Positions 1-13,312 are shown, counted from the first letter of the stretch. The stretch is 64,000 nucleotides of DNA from Fonticula alba ATCC 38817 (GCA_000388065.2 KB932205.1), one strand, 5' to 3'. Notes: generated by a model not told the origin, from the sequence alone. Program-made: numbers and translations.

Positions 1-1092
1 GGATCCGGCTGCGTCACTGGAAAGAGGATCTCGTGTCCCACGCCATCCCCCTCCCCTCCCCCCCCACCCGCCCACCCGCCCACCCACCACCCCTCCCCCT
101 CGCCAGAGGGGGGAACGGGGCAAAGGGGCGGAGGGGTGGGCGGCAACCTGTCCCTCGCCGGGAGAGTCGCGAAGAGCCATACAATGCGGCCCCAGCCACA
201 CGCCCGCCCGCAAGCACATGCGCGTGCTCGCCTCACACCCCGCCCAGTCCCTGGGGGCTCCTGGGTGTCGCGGGGAAACGCGGGGCCGGTCTCGCAATCT
301 GTGCCATCCCCCCGCCCCTCCTCCCGGCGCCGGGCTGGTCCAGGGCCGGGGGAGACCGCCCCCGGACCGCTGTGTCTCCACACGCGACGGACATCTGGGC
401 GCAGACTGTCGCCGACGCCGACAACCTGACCCTCTCCTCCAACCCCCCCCCCCCCCCCCCCCCCCCACTCGCCCTGTGTTTCAGCGGGGGACGGGCCGAT
501 GGTGCTGGAAGACTCGCAAGCACGCCGAGCGTCAAAAAATAACCACGCCAGTCTCCCGAGGGACGGGCCCGTGCGAAAAGGGGCCTCATCCTGGGGTTCC
601 CACCGTTCATGGCGCGGGAAGTCTCCACGAAGGGGTCGCCAGGGCCGCTCCCCCGCCATGCATAGTAAGCCGGACGGGACGACGGACTGTCCAACACACA
701 CAATACACACACACACACACACATATGCGCGCCAGGTGAGAACGCGCTTGCCCGCCTCGCGCCCAACAGGGGGCTGGCTTCCGCGCGTCGGTAACTGCAG
801 CAGATGAGCCGGCCGCTGTCGAGCCCCAACGAACGGCGCGTCCCCGCCCGGAGGAGGGCCCCAGGCCCCGGTCGACTCCTGCGCAACAGTGGCCCCCAAC
901 GGCACGTCTTCCGGCGCCCACCCGCCCCCCGCCCCCCCCCGTCCCCCGTCCCCGCCCGCCTCCCGCCCTGCCTGGCCGGCCCCGTCTCCCGCGCCCGCTC
1001 GCCCGCACCCCGGGCGTCCTCGTCGAATGGCCGTGGCATCGGGAGCACCAGCAGAGGGTTCAAGAATGTGGGTGTGATCTATTCTGGAAGGA

Positions 1093-4000
1093 TCACGCGA
1101 CATCAACGTGCGCCCGCTTGGCACTCGGCTCCGTCGTGGCCGCCCCCGACGAGGAGCCGGCCGCGCCCTCGACACCAGTGCTGCTGCTGCTGCTGCTGCC
1201 GCCGTCGGCCGGCCGCTCGCGCTTTGCCGTGGTCGTCGTCATGGCGGACGCCGGCGGTACACGGCCCGTCGCTTGGATTTGAGCCGCGGCCGTCTTCAGG
1301 GCCGTGCGCAGCGAGAGCCCGGCGTAATCGGGTCCAACCGCCCCGGGCAGCGACTTGACCGCATCCAGGACCGACCCCTCGGCGAAGCCGCCAACCAGAT
1401 GCGGCCCGGCCACGCGCACGCCTGGCCCACTGCCAGGGGCCCCGCGAGCGCCGGGGCCGCCCACAAATGACTGGAAGCCCAGTTTCCCGGGATCCGGGTG
1501 CTGCGGGGAGCTGGGCGACGCGCCACCCGACGAGGTGACCTGCACGCCGGCCAGAATGTCGAAGATGCGCTGCGGGTCCAGCGTCGGACCGCGATATTCC
1601 TCAGCCGTGGGGAGGACCTTCAGGAAGTAGTCCAGCAGTTGGGCACGCTCCGGCAGAGCGGGGAAGAGCGGAGGGAAGAAGGGATCTACAGGGCGCGTGT
1701 CAGGGAGAGGTGCGGCACCGGGGAGATGCGAGACTGGGGAGGGAGAGAGAACGGAAATGCTGGAGGGAAAGGGCAAAGGAGGACAGAGGGGGGGGGGGGG
1801 GATGTGACATGCGCCTGGCGCACGTACCCTGGCGCGTGGCTCGCGAGGGGGCTTCGCTGATGGACCGAATGTAGAGGTCGGTGTTGGGCCGTCCCAATTC
1901 ACTCATGGCCGCTTGCGACAGGTCTTGCGAGAGGAGATTGATCCCGGCCCCGGCGCCGGCGGCCGGTCCACCGGTGCCAGATCCCGGCCCGGTGGCCAGC
2001 GCCGTGGCCGCCAGCGACCCCAGGGACAGGGACGAGTGGAAGCAGGTGGCCGAGGCGCGCTGGCGCTCAAGCGCCTGGAGGACCGCCCGCGAGGAGGGGT
2101 TCAGGTTGTCGGCGCCAAGATGCGTGGCCCGGTCGACGCCACCGATGCCAGGCCCGCCGGCGCCGAGCTGCGGCGAATGGCCACTGCCATCGATGGACCC
2201 GCCATGCAGCAGCACACCGAGCATGGCATCGGCCGGCGCCTGGCGCACATGCACAGGGTGCAAATCCAGGAAGGTATTCCGCAGAGCCACGGCCGCCAGG
2301 CCTCGAGGAAGGTCGACCCCCTCGGCGGCCATCCGGGCTTCGAGCTTCTCGATGGCGCTAAGGTCGCCGAAGTGACACTCATATGCATGGAAACGCCGCC
2401 AGACGGCCTCGCGCAGGGAAAGCACTCCGGCCGGCAGGGCCCCGCCACCGGGACCAGCCCCAGCGCCTCCGATCCCGATCGGGCCACCCTCCTGGACGAG
2501 CTGCTCGAAGAAGGCCCGCGTGTTGGCCGTGTCCTGGAGGTGGGTCATGTGGTCGATGAATTCGTGCAAGTACAAGGCCGCATTGGCCAGGGCCACGTCG
2601 GTCAGCGAGCCGGCCGGGGTTCCGGCCGCGGCCGCGGCCGCACCCGACCCGGCGCCTGTCGGCAGCAAGGCCTTCAGGCCCGCATTGAACACCCGGTAAG
2701 CGACCTCCGCGTCATTGGACAGGTAGTGCTCATTCAGGGCCGAGATGATGTACACATGGGGGCCGGCACGCGCGGCACGCGCTTGGCGGAAGACAATGCG
2801 CGCCTCGCCCGGGCCGAAGGCCCGCCGTGCAAAGCGAATGAAAACCACATACGCCAGGGACAATTTGGCGGCCAGCTGCTCCAGATGGAAGGAGGAGGCG
2901 GGATCCGGGCCGATGGCGGAGGAGCCCCCACCGCCCGAGGCCCCGGGAGCCGAGCCATTGTCCTCGGGGCTGGGCGAGTCCGGCGAAGTGGAACTCTTCG
3001 GCCCGTCGCCAGGAGCAGGGACGGCCGTGGCCTCCGCCGCGGCTGTCGCCGCCGCCGCCGCCGCTGCCGCCGCCGCCGCCGCCGTCGCTGCATGGCCTCG
3101 AGCCAGGTCCTGCAGTGAGGTGACAAGGCGCTCGAAGACCGCCCGTGCGGCCGGGAGATCGCCGCGGGACTCGAAGAATTCCGCATGCGAAAAGTGCAGA
3201 ACCAGGCACTCGGGCAGACTGCGACATGCCTCCTCGTACATGAGACGGGCCTCGTCCCGGAGGCCGACGCTGTCCAGATACCGAGCCGCCTCGTCCCAAG
3301 CCTCGGGGGAGTATTTGCCCAGGGCGGCGAGCTGCTGGCGGATGGCGAACTTCACCCGCTGGTGAACCTGCGTGATGTCCTTCAGTCCCAGGGGATTGGT
3401 CTTTTCCCAGTTGATGATGGCTCGCCAGGCGTCCAGCTGCCCGGGGTCAACCTTTTCCACCGGCAGATAATCCCGGTTCACCTCGGCAAAAAGCTTGTTC
3501 CGATGGACGAGCTCCGTGCGTGCGGTCATGTACGGGCCGGACAGGCGCCGGAGCTCACCCTCACCCTGTGACGATGAGCGTCAGCCATCTGGGGCGGGGG
3601 AGACAGAAGGGAAGGGAGACAGCGAGAAGTGTGTGGACGTACGATCTTCCGGTCGAGATTAATCTCAAACAGGCGGTATTTGGCATGGAGCTCCTCGATG
3701 GCATTGTTGGGCAGGACGATGGCGCGCTGGTACACCTGCCGGAGGAGATCATTTCGCTTGATCAGCTCGCTGTCGAAGGTGACCTGAAGTGCGCGCGAGC
3801 CGGGGTGGGAAGAGGTACACAGGTGGAAAGGGGAAGATGGAGCAGCGAAAAAGATGGGCCGCGTCAGAACGGGTCGGCAACCGAGGCTGGGCGGTCGGAG
3901 AGAGGAAGAGACAGAGAGAGAGAGAGAGATAAAGAGGCTGCGGCAAACGCACCTGACGCTCTTCGATAAACCGGAGGTAGCTCTCCCACAAGGGAGCTGC

Positions 4001-4389
4001 GCCGATGTCCAGGCCCACCTGGTTGAGGGCTTCGGAGAAGGCGGTTGTCAGGGCGTCGCGCAGGGCATCCGCCGACCGGGTCTAGAAGGAAACAGGCAGG
4101 AGCGGGTCAGACGGGCGGCGGCACAGTGGCATCGGCGGAAGATGGTGGAGCAGCTTCGCGTACGGATTTCAGAAACTGGATGTACCGCTGCCAAACCTCC
4201 ACCGACAGGCAGGCTTTGGTGGCTTTCTCGAAGAGATCTTCCGACTGGGCCCGGACTTCGGCCTCGCCCAGAGACAGGAAAGCCAGGCCGTCGTGGTGAG
4301 CGAGCCAGGCGCGATCCTGTTGCCCGGCGCGCAGGCACAATTTTCAACCAGTAAGTACCATGTATTCGGGGGGTCGAGGTAGCGAGAGG

Positions 4390-4425
<36 letters not shown>

Positions 4426-4716
4426 CGGGGAGAGGGAGAGATAGGGAGCAGGTGGGGCGATGCGCGGGCGCACCACGGAGGGGAAGAGATCGGTCGACCG
4501 GCGACAAAGTTGGGCAACATTCATGCGTAGAGTCCCGGCGGCGGCGATCTTTTCCGGGGTCACCTCGCTGAGGAACACCGACCAGGCAGCGATATCGCCA
4601 ATATCACGCTCGAGGCGTCGAACCGATGCCAGCAGCCGGTCCACCCCCTGTGAAGATGGCAGGGCAGCCACCGGCGGCAGGTTGGGAACCACGGCCGCTC
4701 GGTTGCCGAAATTCAT
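1093..4716 (-). CDS. CSTF3: Cleavage stimulation factor 77 kDa subunit (Rna14/Suf family, HAT repeats), multi-exon
   Basis: Successive minus-strand exons give DIAAWSVFLSE, EDLFEKATKACLSVEVWQRYIQFLKSVRE, LDIGAAPLWESYLRFIE, MYQRAIVLPNNAIEELHAKYRLFEINL, QLDAWRAIINWEKTNPL...RVKFAIRQQLAALGKYSPEAWDEAARYL, LSLAYVVFIRFARR, GRPNTDLY and LKVLPTAEEYRGPTLD. All match recalled CstF-77 motifs in the right order. The start ATG at 4716 is preceded by a possible acceptor, so the 5' end is approximate. Confidence 0.92.
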
Positions 4717-5159
4717 GTCTGCAGGGGGGGGGAGGGTGAACGGGGGGGGGCCTGCTCTGAGCAACAATCGAGAAGGATAGGATGAGCGGGCTTGTCCAAG
4801 GGGGGAAAGGACACCGCAGGCACACGGGAAGGGGAGAAGGCGGGGGGGGGGGGGGAGGCGGCGGGCAGGGAGGAGGTGCTTAGAGACGAGACGGGCTGGG
4901 CCACGCCCGCGAACGCGCCGCGGGCACTTGGGATGAGTTGCAAGTGCCGATGTATATGTGTGGGCATTTGGTTGGCAGTGGCCATCATGTGATGATTGGC
5001 ATTGAGGATGAGCTGGTGTCTTGGTGTGCCTACGCACACGGGTACGGGGCCTGTGAAAGCGATGGGGAAAAATAATTAATCTTCCCATCAGAGGTCCCAG
5101 AGTCCTGCCTGCCGGCCGGTGCGATCGCAGCCACCCAAGTGGTGGCAGATCGTCCAGCC

Positions 5160-5255
5160 TTGTGTATGTGTGTATGTGGGTGTGGGCGAGTCTGTGTAAG
5201 TCTGTGTGAGTGCGTGTGAGTGCGTGTGTGTGAGTGCGTGTGAGTGCGTGTGCGC
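5160..5255. repeat. (GT)n/(GTGAGTGC)n microsatellite in the divergent CstF-77/LRR intergenic region
   Basis: Directly visible tandem gtgtgagtgc units. Confidence 0.8.
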
Positions 5256-6132
5256 TGCATGGTGCTCGGGTCTGTTGGCGGTGTGGCCCATACGGACCCG
5301 GTGCGTTGCCCTGTGGGCGCGACTCAAGGAAAAAGCAGGCCACAGAGGGCCGGAATGTATGTGGATGGGCCATGGCACTGGGCCAGCAGACCATCCATGC
5401 ACCACCCAATGTGTGTCCCCGCAAGAGTGTTCAGGCGCAGCGCACGGTGGCGGCGGGGGGACGGGGGTGCAGACGACAACAACAACAACAACAACCGGGG
5501 ACGAGACGATGATGGGCTCCGGTGCGCGTTCCCCCAAGCAGCCTCCGGTCCGGTGGATGGGATGGAACGATCTTGGGAAATCCGCCGGAACTTGGCCAGT
5601 GTGAGAAAGCTGTTAGGACAAGTCCCCTGAGCGGTCTTTCCTCCGGGGGCATCTTTTGCATGGGAGCGGGCGAGAGGAAGATCAAAGGCAAGTCGCGTCC
5701 TTGTACATCCTCGTGCGTGTGTGCGGTTGTGCAACGACGAGCGCACGCGGGTCGTGGCGGCAGCGCGAGCAGGAGGGGGCACCACAAAATAAAAAACGCG
5801 CGGTCTCATCATCTAGTCCGGCCGGAGGCGGGCCCGGGAGCGGGCCTGGACATCGAGCCCCACACAGCGATCGGCAGGGAGGCAGGGCACATCGCCCGGG
5901 CAAGCATTTCCGGAGCACGGACTGCGGGCTGTCGGGTTGGGCCCGGCCAACGATCTGGCCCCGGGCAGTGCGAAGGGCGGACTTGCCACAGCGCCCCGGG
6001 CAGCGAGACTCTTCAGGCGCCTCGCCGGGGGAGGGACACAGCCGCCCCAAGCATGACCGCATGCTGCCTGCTCCCTCTTGCACTTCCTCCCGCCCTCCCC
6101 CCTCCTCTTTTCCCTCTCTCCCTCTGCCATCC

Positions 6133-9128
6133 ATGTCCGACACCGAGCTCCCTGTCACGCCGACCGTTGTCGACGCCCCCGTCGCTGAGGCCACGCCGGT
6201 CGACGTGCCGGCCGCTCCGACTGACGAGGCTCCCCCTTCGGCCGATGAGGCCGTCCCCTCGGACGCCGAGATGCCGGCCACCCCCGTGGCTGAGACTCCC
6301 GTGCCTGTGACCGCCTCCGAGGCCGAAGTCGATGCCCCTGCGGCCGATGCTCCCGAGGCCGAGGCCTCCGAGGCCACCGCTTCCGACGATGGCACCGAGC
6401 CCACGGCCGTGCCCGAGCCGAAGCCCGCCCCTGCGGAGGCTGCCCCCACTCAACATCTGACGCTGGAGTCCCTGTCGGAAGTGGTTAGCCAGCTGCTGTC
6501 CCGTGTGCAGGATCTCGAGGACCAGGTCGCGCGCAATGACTCGGCCGGGGTCTCCGCCTCGGCCGGAGCCACTTCGCCTGAGATGCTGGCCTTCGACAAG
6601 GCACGCGGCGACTTCCTGCTGAAGCTGGTGGCCATGAGCTTCGGCTGGCAGCGTACCGCGCCGGTGCTTGGGTGCGTTCGAGTGGTGCACCGCATTTCGT
6701 GCCTCCGCGTCCACCGATTCTCACCCTGTGTCTCCCGGTCTGGTCCTGGTTGACCCCCCCCCCCCCCCCCAGCCTGAAGGATGTTGCCCCCGAGGATATC
6801 CCCCACCTGTCGCAGTACTTCCAGAATGCCACCAACTACACCCACCTGGAGTGCGTCGTGCTTCCCATCACCCCCTCACTGATGACTTGCTTGCCAGCAC
6901 GCACACACACACACACACGCACATGTTTGGCAGCTTTACTGACATGCCTTGCTCCCTCGTTTCCCCCCGTGAACACGCGAAAATAAGTGCCTCCTACACG
7001 GAGATCTGCCCCTCGAGCCTGGCCCATCTGTTGAATATCCCCCTCAAGAATGAGCTCTTCACTTCGGCCGAGTGCGTGTCCTCTCCCGCGTGCACCCTCC
7101 ACACTGCCGTGAGTATGCCCTGCATCTGACACCCGAACGCAGCTTCAGCGGCTGTAAGCTCGGCCCCGCATCCGGCCCGGTCATTGGCGAATTCCTCTCC
7201 AAGAACCCCGACATCACTTCCCTCTCGTACGCACACGCACCCTCCGCCTTTGCCCTTGAAAAGGGGGCGTCTCCAATCGCCAGGGCACACGTCGTGATTG
7301 ACACACCCGCACGCGCCCTCGATCGGCCGGGGGCGGAAAAAAAAAAACAATAGTCTCCAGTCGAACGAGCTCGGTGATGATGGTCTGCTGCGCTCCAGCG
7401 AGCTTTCGCCCTCCTTCGTCGGGGGGCTGGCCTTCGCCAAGTCCCTCAAGTCCCTGAAGTACGCTCGGAGCCTCCTCCTCCTCCTCCTCCTCCTCCGGCA
7501 CAATGTCTTTGCATGGGCCATTCATCCTGCTCGCGCCGCGCCGTCCCGCGCCACACCGTCCCTAACGCACACTGCCCCGTGCAGCCTTTCGGCCAACGGT
7601 CTCACCGAGAAGTCCATCGAGGAGCTGGCCGCTGTCCTTGGGACCATCCGTCTGCAAAGCCTCTTGTTCGTTGCGCTTCTCTCGCCTTTCCGCCCTCCAT
7701 CCCCTCGGTCCCCCTCTCTGCCAATGGCGCCCGGCCTCTGTCGCGTCGCATTCTAACCTCGGCGAGCTGGGCTCCTCCCTCGCGCCCGCAGCATTGGCCG
7801 TAACAACATCGGCCCCAAGGGCCTCGAGCGCCTGTGCCAGGCGGTGGCCAACTCCTCCATCACCCACCTGACGTGCGCGCGCGCGCGCCATGCATGGCGA
7901 ACCACCACCTGGCCATATGATGTGCCGGACATGTCACTGACCAATGCTGCCATTTGCGCCTGGATATACGCCGCCTCAGCATCCAGGAATCCGGCGCCGG
8001 GGACGAGGCTGCCCAGCACATCGCCGATCTGATCAAGAATGCCAAAAACCTGAAGTTCCTGCAGTGCGTGCCTTGCCGGCCGGCGTGCCCCCCCCCCCCC
8101 CCCCCCCCCCCGCGCGCCCCCCCCCCCCCCCCTCCTTCTCCGGCTTCTTCACCTCCCTGCATCCTCCGTCACGACAGCCGTGCCGCCGTGCCGCCCGTAC
8201 TCTAACATACATGGGTGTCTCTCGACCACTCTGCGCCCCCCTCCGCCGCCCCGTGGCACAGCATTGCCAACAACAAGATCGGCGATGAGGGCGGTGAGGT
8301 CATTCTTCGGGCTCTCGGCTCCCCGAGCTGCCAGCTCTTCAGTCTTGTGTACGTGTCGAAACCAGCCGGGCCACGAATGTTGCGGGTGGGGGGGAGATGC
8401 TTGGCGGCATCCGGGGCTGGCTTTTGATCGCGCGCGCGCGCGCGCGCGTCGTTGCTGACTCTCGTCGTATTTGTCGCATCCCGGTGGCCCTTCTCCATGC
8501 AGCATGTTCAACAACAACCTTGGCCCCAAGAGCGCCGCCGCCCTGGCTGAGGCTCTTCCCAACAACAGCAGCCTGCGCGAGTTTGAGTACGTCAAACGCC
8601 CGTCCTCTGTATCTCTCTCCCTCTCTCAGACACGCACACACACATCTTGCAGTGTGGATCTCTCCAACTGACTTGCTTGCCCATCTGCCGCCTAGTCTCC
8701 GCTATTGCAAGTTCGAGGACGCCAGCTGCGGAGCTCTCCTCGTCAGTGCGGCCACTGCCAGCCAGCTGACCTCCTTCAAGTGCGCACACATGTCACACCC
8801 TGTGCCCCCCCCCCCCATGGCCGGGGATTGCTGGCTTTTTCATATATCCGCCGCTGTGCTGACGCCCGGTGTCCCTGCGACATGTGCCCCTCCTGCTCCC
8901 TCTCCTTTCCCTCTACCCAGCACCCATGGCTGCGTCCTGTCGGCCGATGTGCAGAAGCAGATCCAGGAGGGCCTTCGGACGAAGGACGCCTCCCCGACGC
9001 TGGAGCCCGTGTCTTCCCCCTCTACCAGCAAGCGCCTGCGCAACATGTTCCGCCAGAAGTCCTCGTCATCTAGCCTGTCCACCAATGAGACCGGTGGCAC
9101 GGCCACCCCGCCGGCTGGCAAGGACTGA
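6133..9128 (+). CDS. Ribonuclease-inhibitor-like LRR protein (about 532 aa, 12 exons) with acidic Pro/Ala-rich N-terminus and a short coiled coil
   Basis: Exons 6133-6671, 6773-6850, 6988-7071, 7143-7226, 7354-7458, 7585-7665, 7792-7872, 7980-8063, 8262-8348, 8503-8586, 8696-8779 and 8921-9128 join in frame (1599 nt). Repeats such as LQSNELGDDG, LSANGLTEKS, IGRNNIGPKG, IANNKIGDEG and MFNNNLGPKS are RNI-type LRRs. Confidence 0.85.
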
Positions 9129-9628
9129 GTGTGCCGGGAGCCACGCACGCTCGGGCAGTGTGTACGAAACCACGATCGCACTGACCTACATATTCATATG
9201 TGCGCGCAAACGCGCGCTGCCCGTGTGGTCATCTTTCCCTCCCCGGGCATATGTCCTTTCCTGGGGCGGCCTGGACGGCGGGAGATCAGAAATACAAAAA
9301 CCCCATAGATAATCCCCTCCCTGCAGCGCATTCCCTTTCGGCTCCGTGCGTCTGAGTAAATGCGCGTGTGTCGACCTTCCCCTCGGCCGATCTTGCCCTC
9401 CTCCCGGAGAGAGATCCCGCCTCCCTGCCGGGGGGGAGATATGGCGCCCTCCCTTTGGTTGTCCCTTTCCGCCAGGCATATCCCCCCCTCCTCCACGACA
9501 GCAGGGCAGGCCCCGAAATCCGTCATCAGCATGCTTGGACACGTGTACTTCGCACGTGCGCATTCAACATGGCTTTGGGTATTAATCTTGGTATATATTC
9601 CCGTTTCATGGGCGATATTTCATCCGAT

Positions 9629-9707
9629 GGTTGGATGGCCGAGTGGTTAAGGCGCTAGTTTCAGGTACTAGTGGGAAACCTCGTGGGTTCGAGTCCCACT
9701 CCAATCA
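9629..9707 (+). tRNA. tRNA-Leu (anticodon CAG), intronless, 79 nt
   Basis: Cloverleaf folded by hand: acceptor GGTTGGA/TCCAATC, D arm GCC-GAGTGGTTAA-GGC, anticodon stem CTAGT/ACTAG with loop TTCAGGT, variable region TGGGAAACCTC, T arm GTGGG-TTCGAGT-CCCAC, discriminator A. Confidence 0.95.
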
Positions 9708-9714
9708 AACATTA

Positions 9715-9721
9715 TTTTTTT
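9715..9721 (+). terminator. RNA polymerase III oligo-T terminator
   Basis: T7 run 8 nt after the tRNA discriminator, followed by a second T5 run. Confidence 0.8.
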
Positions 9722-9901
9722 GATTTTTCTCCCTGAAGCTACATAAGTGCGCCGGGATTCCCCTCAGCGGTGTTGTCTCTGGACATGGAGGAGACAACAC
9801 CGCAGAGGGGGGGGGACGAGGGGAGGGAGGGCCCTTACCAAACGGCACGCCCCACTGGCATGGGTGCCGTCCATCAAGGAGGTGTTATTCGCCGGGGGGG
9901 G

Positions 9902-10131
9902 NNNNNNNNNNNNNNNNNNNNNNNNNNNNNNNNNNNNNNNNNNNNNNNNNNNNNNNNNNNNNNNNNNNNNNNNNNNNNNNNNNNNNNNNNNNNNNNNNNN
10001 NNNNNNNNNNNNNNNNNNNNNNNNNNNNNNNNNNNNNNNNNNNNNNNNNNNNNNNNNNNNNNNNNNNNNNNNNNNNNNNNNNNNNNNNNNNNNNNNNNNN
10101 NNNNNNNNNNNNNNNNNNNNNNNNNNNNNNN
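9902..10131. other. Assembly gap (N run)
   Basis: N run with a G-run on the left and a C-run on the right. Confidence 1.
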
Positions 10132-13100
10132 CCCCGGCCGGGCGACGCACACACGATGAAGAGTGACGCCCGTAGTGCGAGGCCCTTTTCCCGCTGCAGG
10201 GAATGGCTATTTCCCAATTTACTCAGATGACTGTACACCTCACCGGGTCGGCGCTGGATGAAACGAGGGCCCGTTGCCGGAGAGCGGCCGCGCCCATGCA
10301 GGTGCCGGCCAAAAAGCCGCAAGATGGGGGGCGGGGGGCACCCATTTCCCTGGCGCTTGTGCTGCGGGGTGTGCGCAGGGCGGCGGGGGCCCCACACACT
10401 CCTCCTGCCGGGCTCTCTCGTTGTCCTCCCTGTTGGGGGCAACGGACGCGGAGACGCCCGGGCCGCGAGACGGGGGCGGAGGCCGGCGCTGGCGCCGCCC
10501 CCCAGGCCAGACAAATCCGGCCCCTAAATGCCCCTGAGGGGCGGGGCCCCAGGCGCGGACCGGATACCAGCACCGTTGATTGGGCGGCTGCGCAGTTGGC
10601 TTGGAGGCTATCCCGGGCTCGGGGCGCCCTCGGGTCGGGGGTCGGCCTCTCGGGGCGCCCCGCCCCCTTAGTGCGCTGTGCGCCGGCGGCGGAGGCGGGC
10701 CGCAGGGCCGCAGGGCCGCGGGAAGGTGTACCTGCCCCGTGAACGCCCCCCCCTGACGATCGATCCGGCACTCGTGCGCCGCCCAGCCGGCCGGTGCCCG
10801 GGCCTTCTTCGGGGTGTCCCTGTGCGCTCGCGCCCCGGCCCGCTCGCGCCCTGTCGTGTTGGAGTGCGCCCTGGGCCCACATGCGTGCGGCTTGCGTGCG
10901 TGTGTGTCTGTCTGTGCGACCGTGCTTCCCCGACTCGGCGAGCCTCACGTCTCAAGGGCAGAGCCCCTTAACAATGCCCCGGGAGAAGGGGCCATCTTTT
11001 CCCACAGTGCTCCGACCTCTGTGCGGTAGAACCTAAACTCCATTCAGGAAGAGGTGCTTTTAGCCGGGGGGGCGGGGGGGGGGGGGACACTGGGAGGGGC
11101 GAGCGAACGGCAGGCCGGTCGGCGCGCCGGGGGCATTCTTCGGATCAACGTACGCCGGGCCGACGCCCGGGCCCAACACGGGAACCGGGCACGACTCGGC
11201 TTTCGGATGGCGGAAGCAGCCGGTGCGAGGGCCCTGGGCAGGGTAAATATTTGGCCCAGACGGGTGGCCCCAGCGTCAATGTCCGGCCCTGGGTTGTGTC
11301 TTTCCCCGGCGGCGGGAGGAGCGGCAGTGGGGGGGGCTCCCGGCGGATGATCACTCACGCGCCGATTGTCGGGGGGGGGGGGGGGGGGGGGGGGGGCCCC
11401 AAGGGGGCGGGGGGGGGGCGCCGCGGCGGGGGGGGGGGGGGGGCTTGTCTCACATGGTGGGGATTGGAGAGGGGCATTGGTTTATTGGGGGGGGGGGGGG
11501 GATTTGGACTCCCGAGAGCACGGCAGTAAGCTCCCTGTCACGCTGGCGTGCGCGGGTTTTTGAGGGGCCTCCCCGAGAGCCGGCGGGCGGCCTGCCGGGG
11601 GGCTTCCCAGCGCGAGAGGGAAATGAGGCTGGGTGGCCTAGTCGCACAGGGAGGGGCGGGGGGGCGGGGCAGGCCACACACACACACACACACACACCCA
11701 GGACGCCCCGAGGGCAGGCCTTGCATTGTACCGGTCCTCGCTCCATTCAACCAGGCGCCCTGGATGCGTGCCGGGCACAAGCTGCGCGTGCAACCTTGAG
11801 CGTTGCGCGCGCGCCGAGGACCACGGGGTGACGCATTTCCGCATCAGTGCCTCAGGCCTCTGCGCTCGCAGCCCCCCCTAGGAGGGCGAGCGGGCAGCAG
11901 CATCCACACCGGAGCAGGCTTCAGGAGGCCTGGGGGAGGGGCAGGGAGCGCGGGGGGGGCCGAAGGGAGGGCAGGCCTGCTGGCGTGTAATCAGCGGCTC
12001 ACATTCCAGGTGCCGGCTTTGGTTCGCATTTTCGGTTGCCGGCGAAATACTCCGGGCCATAAATAATCCTCTTTTTCGCCACCAGCGTACGCGTGCGCAC
12101 TCTCGCACACACGCACACTCGCCCGGCCCGGCACCCCTGGGGAACGAGGGCAGAGGGCCGCCAGCCCTCCGTGGCCGGGACTGGGACTCGTGCTGCATTT
12201 CTCTGCGAGTCAACTGCGGGGACCTGCCGAGGGGGAGGGGGACCTGCACGAAGCGGGCGGATGTCTGTTATTTCAATTTCCGTTCCTGCCCCCCCCTCCC
12301 CCCGCCTCTCCTTTCGCACCCCGCGCACGCACACACCTTGGGCGGCGGAGCGCGGACTGGCGAAACAGGGGCCTGTGGGGGGGGGATGCGGGAGCCGGTC
12401 AAACGCCTCGGCGTGAGGCCCCGAGAGGCCCTGCCAATAGCCGACAAGGAGACGCTTCCAGCGCTTCTCGCCCGGCGAAAGGGGAAGTTGGGGGGTGCCT
12501 GCCTGCCGGCAACTTCCCCCCCCCCCCCCCCCGCGCCCTGCGCCCTGTGCCGGGCCCCCAGGTGGGCTCGCGGGGGAGGGGGCAACACTTCCAGCCCTCG
12601 TCGCCCCTCCCTGGCTGGCGCGTTGGGCCACTCGTGTGGATGTTACGGCCGCCCCAAACAGTGTCCTCCAGCGGCGGCCGCATCATTGCCACAACAAGGC
12701 CTTTGGCCGTCCCCCCTGTTTTCCTCGGCCCTCGCCAGGCGGCGGGCACCGGGGCGGGGGGCGGCGACGGAGAGAGACCCGGCACCTACTCCCCCCCGCG
12801 ACGCATCGGCGTGCGTCTCCCGCGGGACGGGGCCATTGAAGAGACCCCTCGGCGCGGGCCGGTGCCCGCCCTGGCGCGGCCCCCGACACCTAGTGACTGC
12901 GTTCGACTGTGCCGATTACCGGTCTGCCCAATCGACCTTTCGCCTTTTCCCCTGTTCCCCTTCCCCCCCTCCCCTTGGTATTTCCCTTTTGCCCCTCCCC
13001 CCCCCCCGCCCCCCTTCCCTTGCCGTGTCCTTTCCTTTCCTTCGCCATGCCCCCTCCCCCGCCTGCCCTCGAGCCATGCCCGGTGGCGACCCCCTCTTGT

Positions 13101-13199
13101 CTCTCTCTCTCTCTCTCTTTCCCTTCTCCCCTCCCCTGCATGCGCCCCCGCATGGCTTTCTAACGCCCTCTCGCCCTCCGCCACCCCCCTCCCCGGCTG

Positions 13200-13312
13200 N
13201 NNNNNNNNNNNNNNNNNNNNNNNNNNNNNNNNNNNNNNNNNNNNNNNNNNNNNNNNNNNNNNNNNNNNNNNNNNNNNNNNNNNNNNNNNNNNNNNNNNNN
13301 NNNNNNNNNNNN
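13200..13312. other. Assembly gap (N run) just upstream of talin
   Basis: N run. Confidence 1.

Noticed and set aside
1-1090. ORFs at the window start
   Set aside because: Poly-C and (CA)n low-complexity sequence, consistent with the CstF-77 3' UTR and intergenic DNA.
4985-5000. GTGATGA, possible C-box of a C/D snoRNA
   Set aside because: No CTGA D-box or terminal stem at a suitable distance.
9629-9707. CAG-anticodon tRNA as a sign of CUG reassignment (Ser/Ala, as in some yeasts)
   Set aside because: Discriminator A73 and G37 are Leu determinants, and CTG codons fall at conserved Leu positions (for example talin QLNL, CAG CTG AAC CTC).
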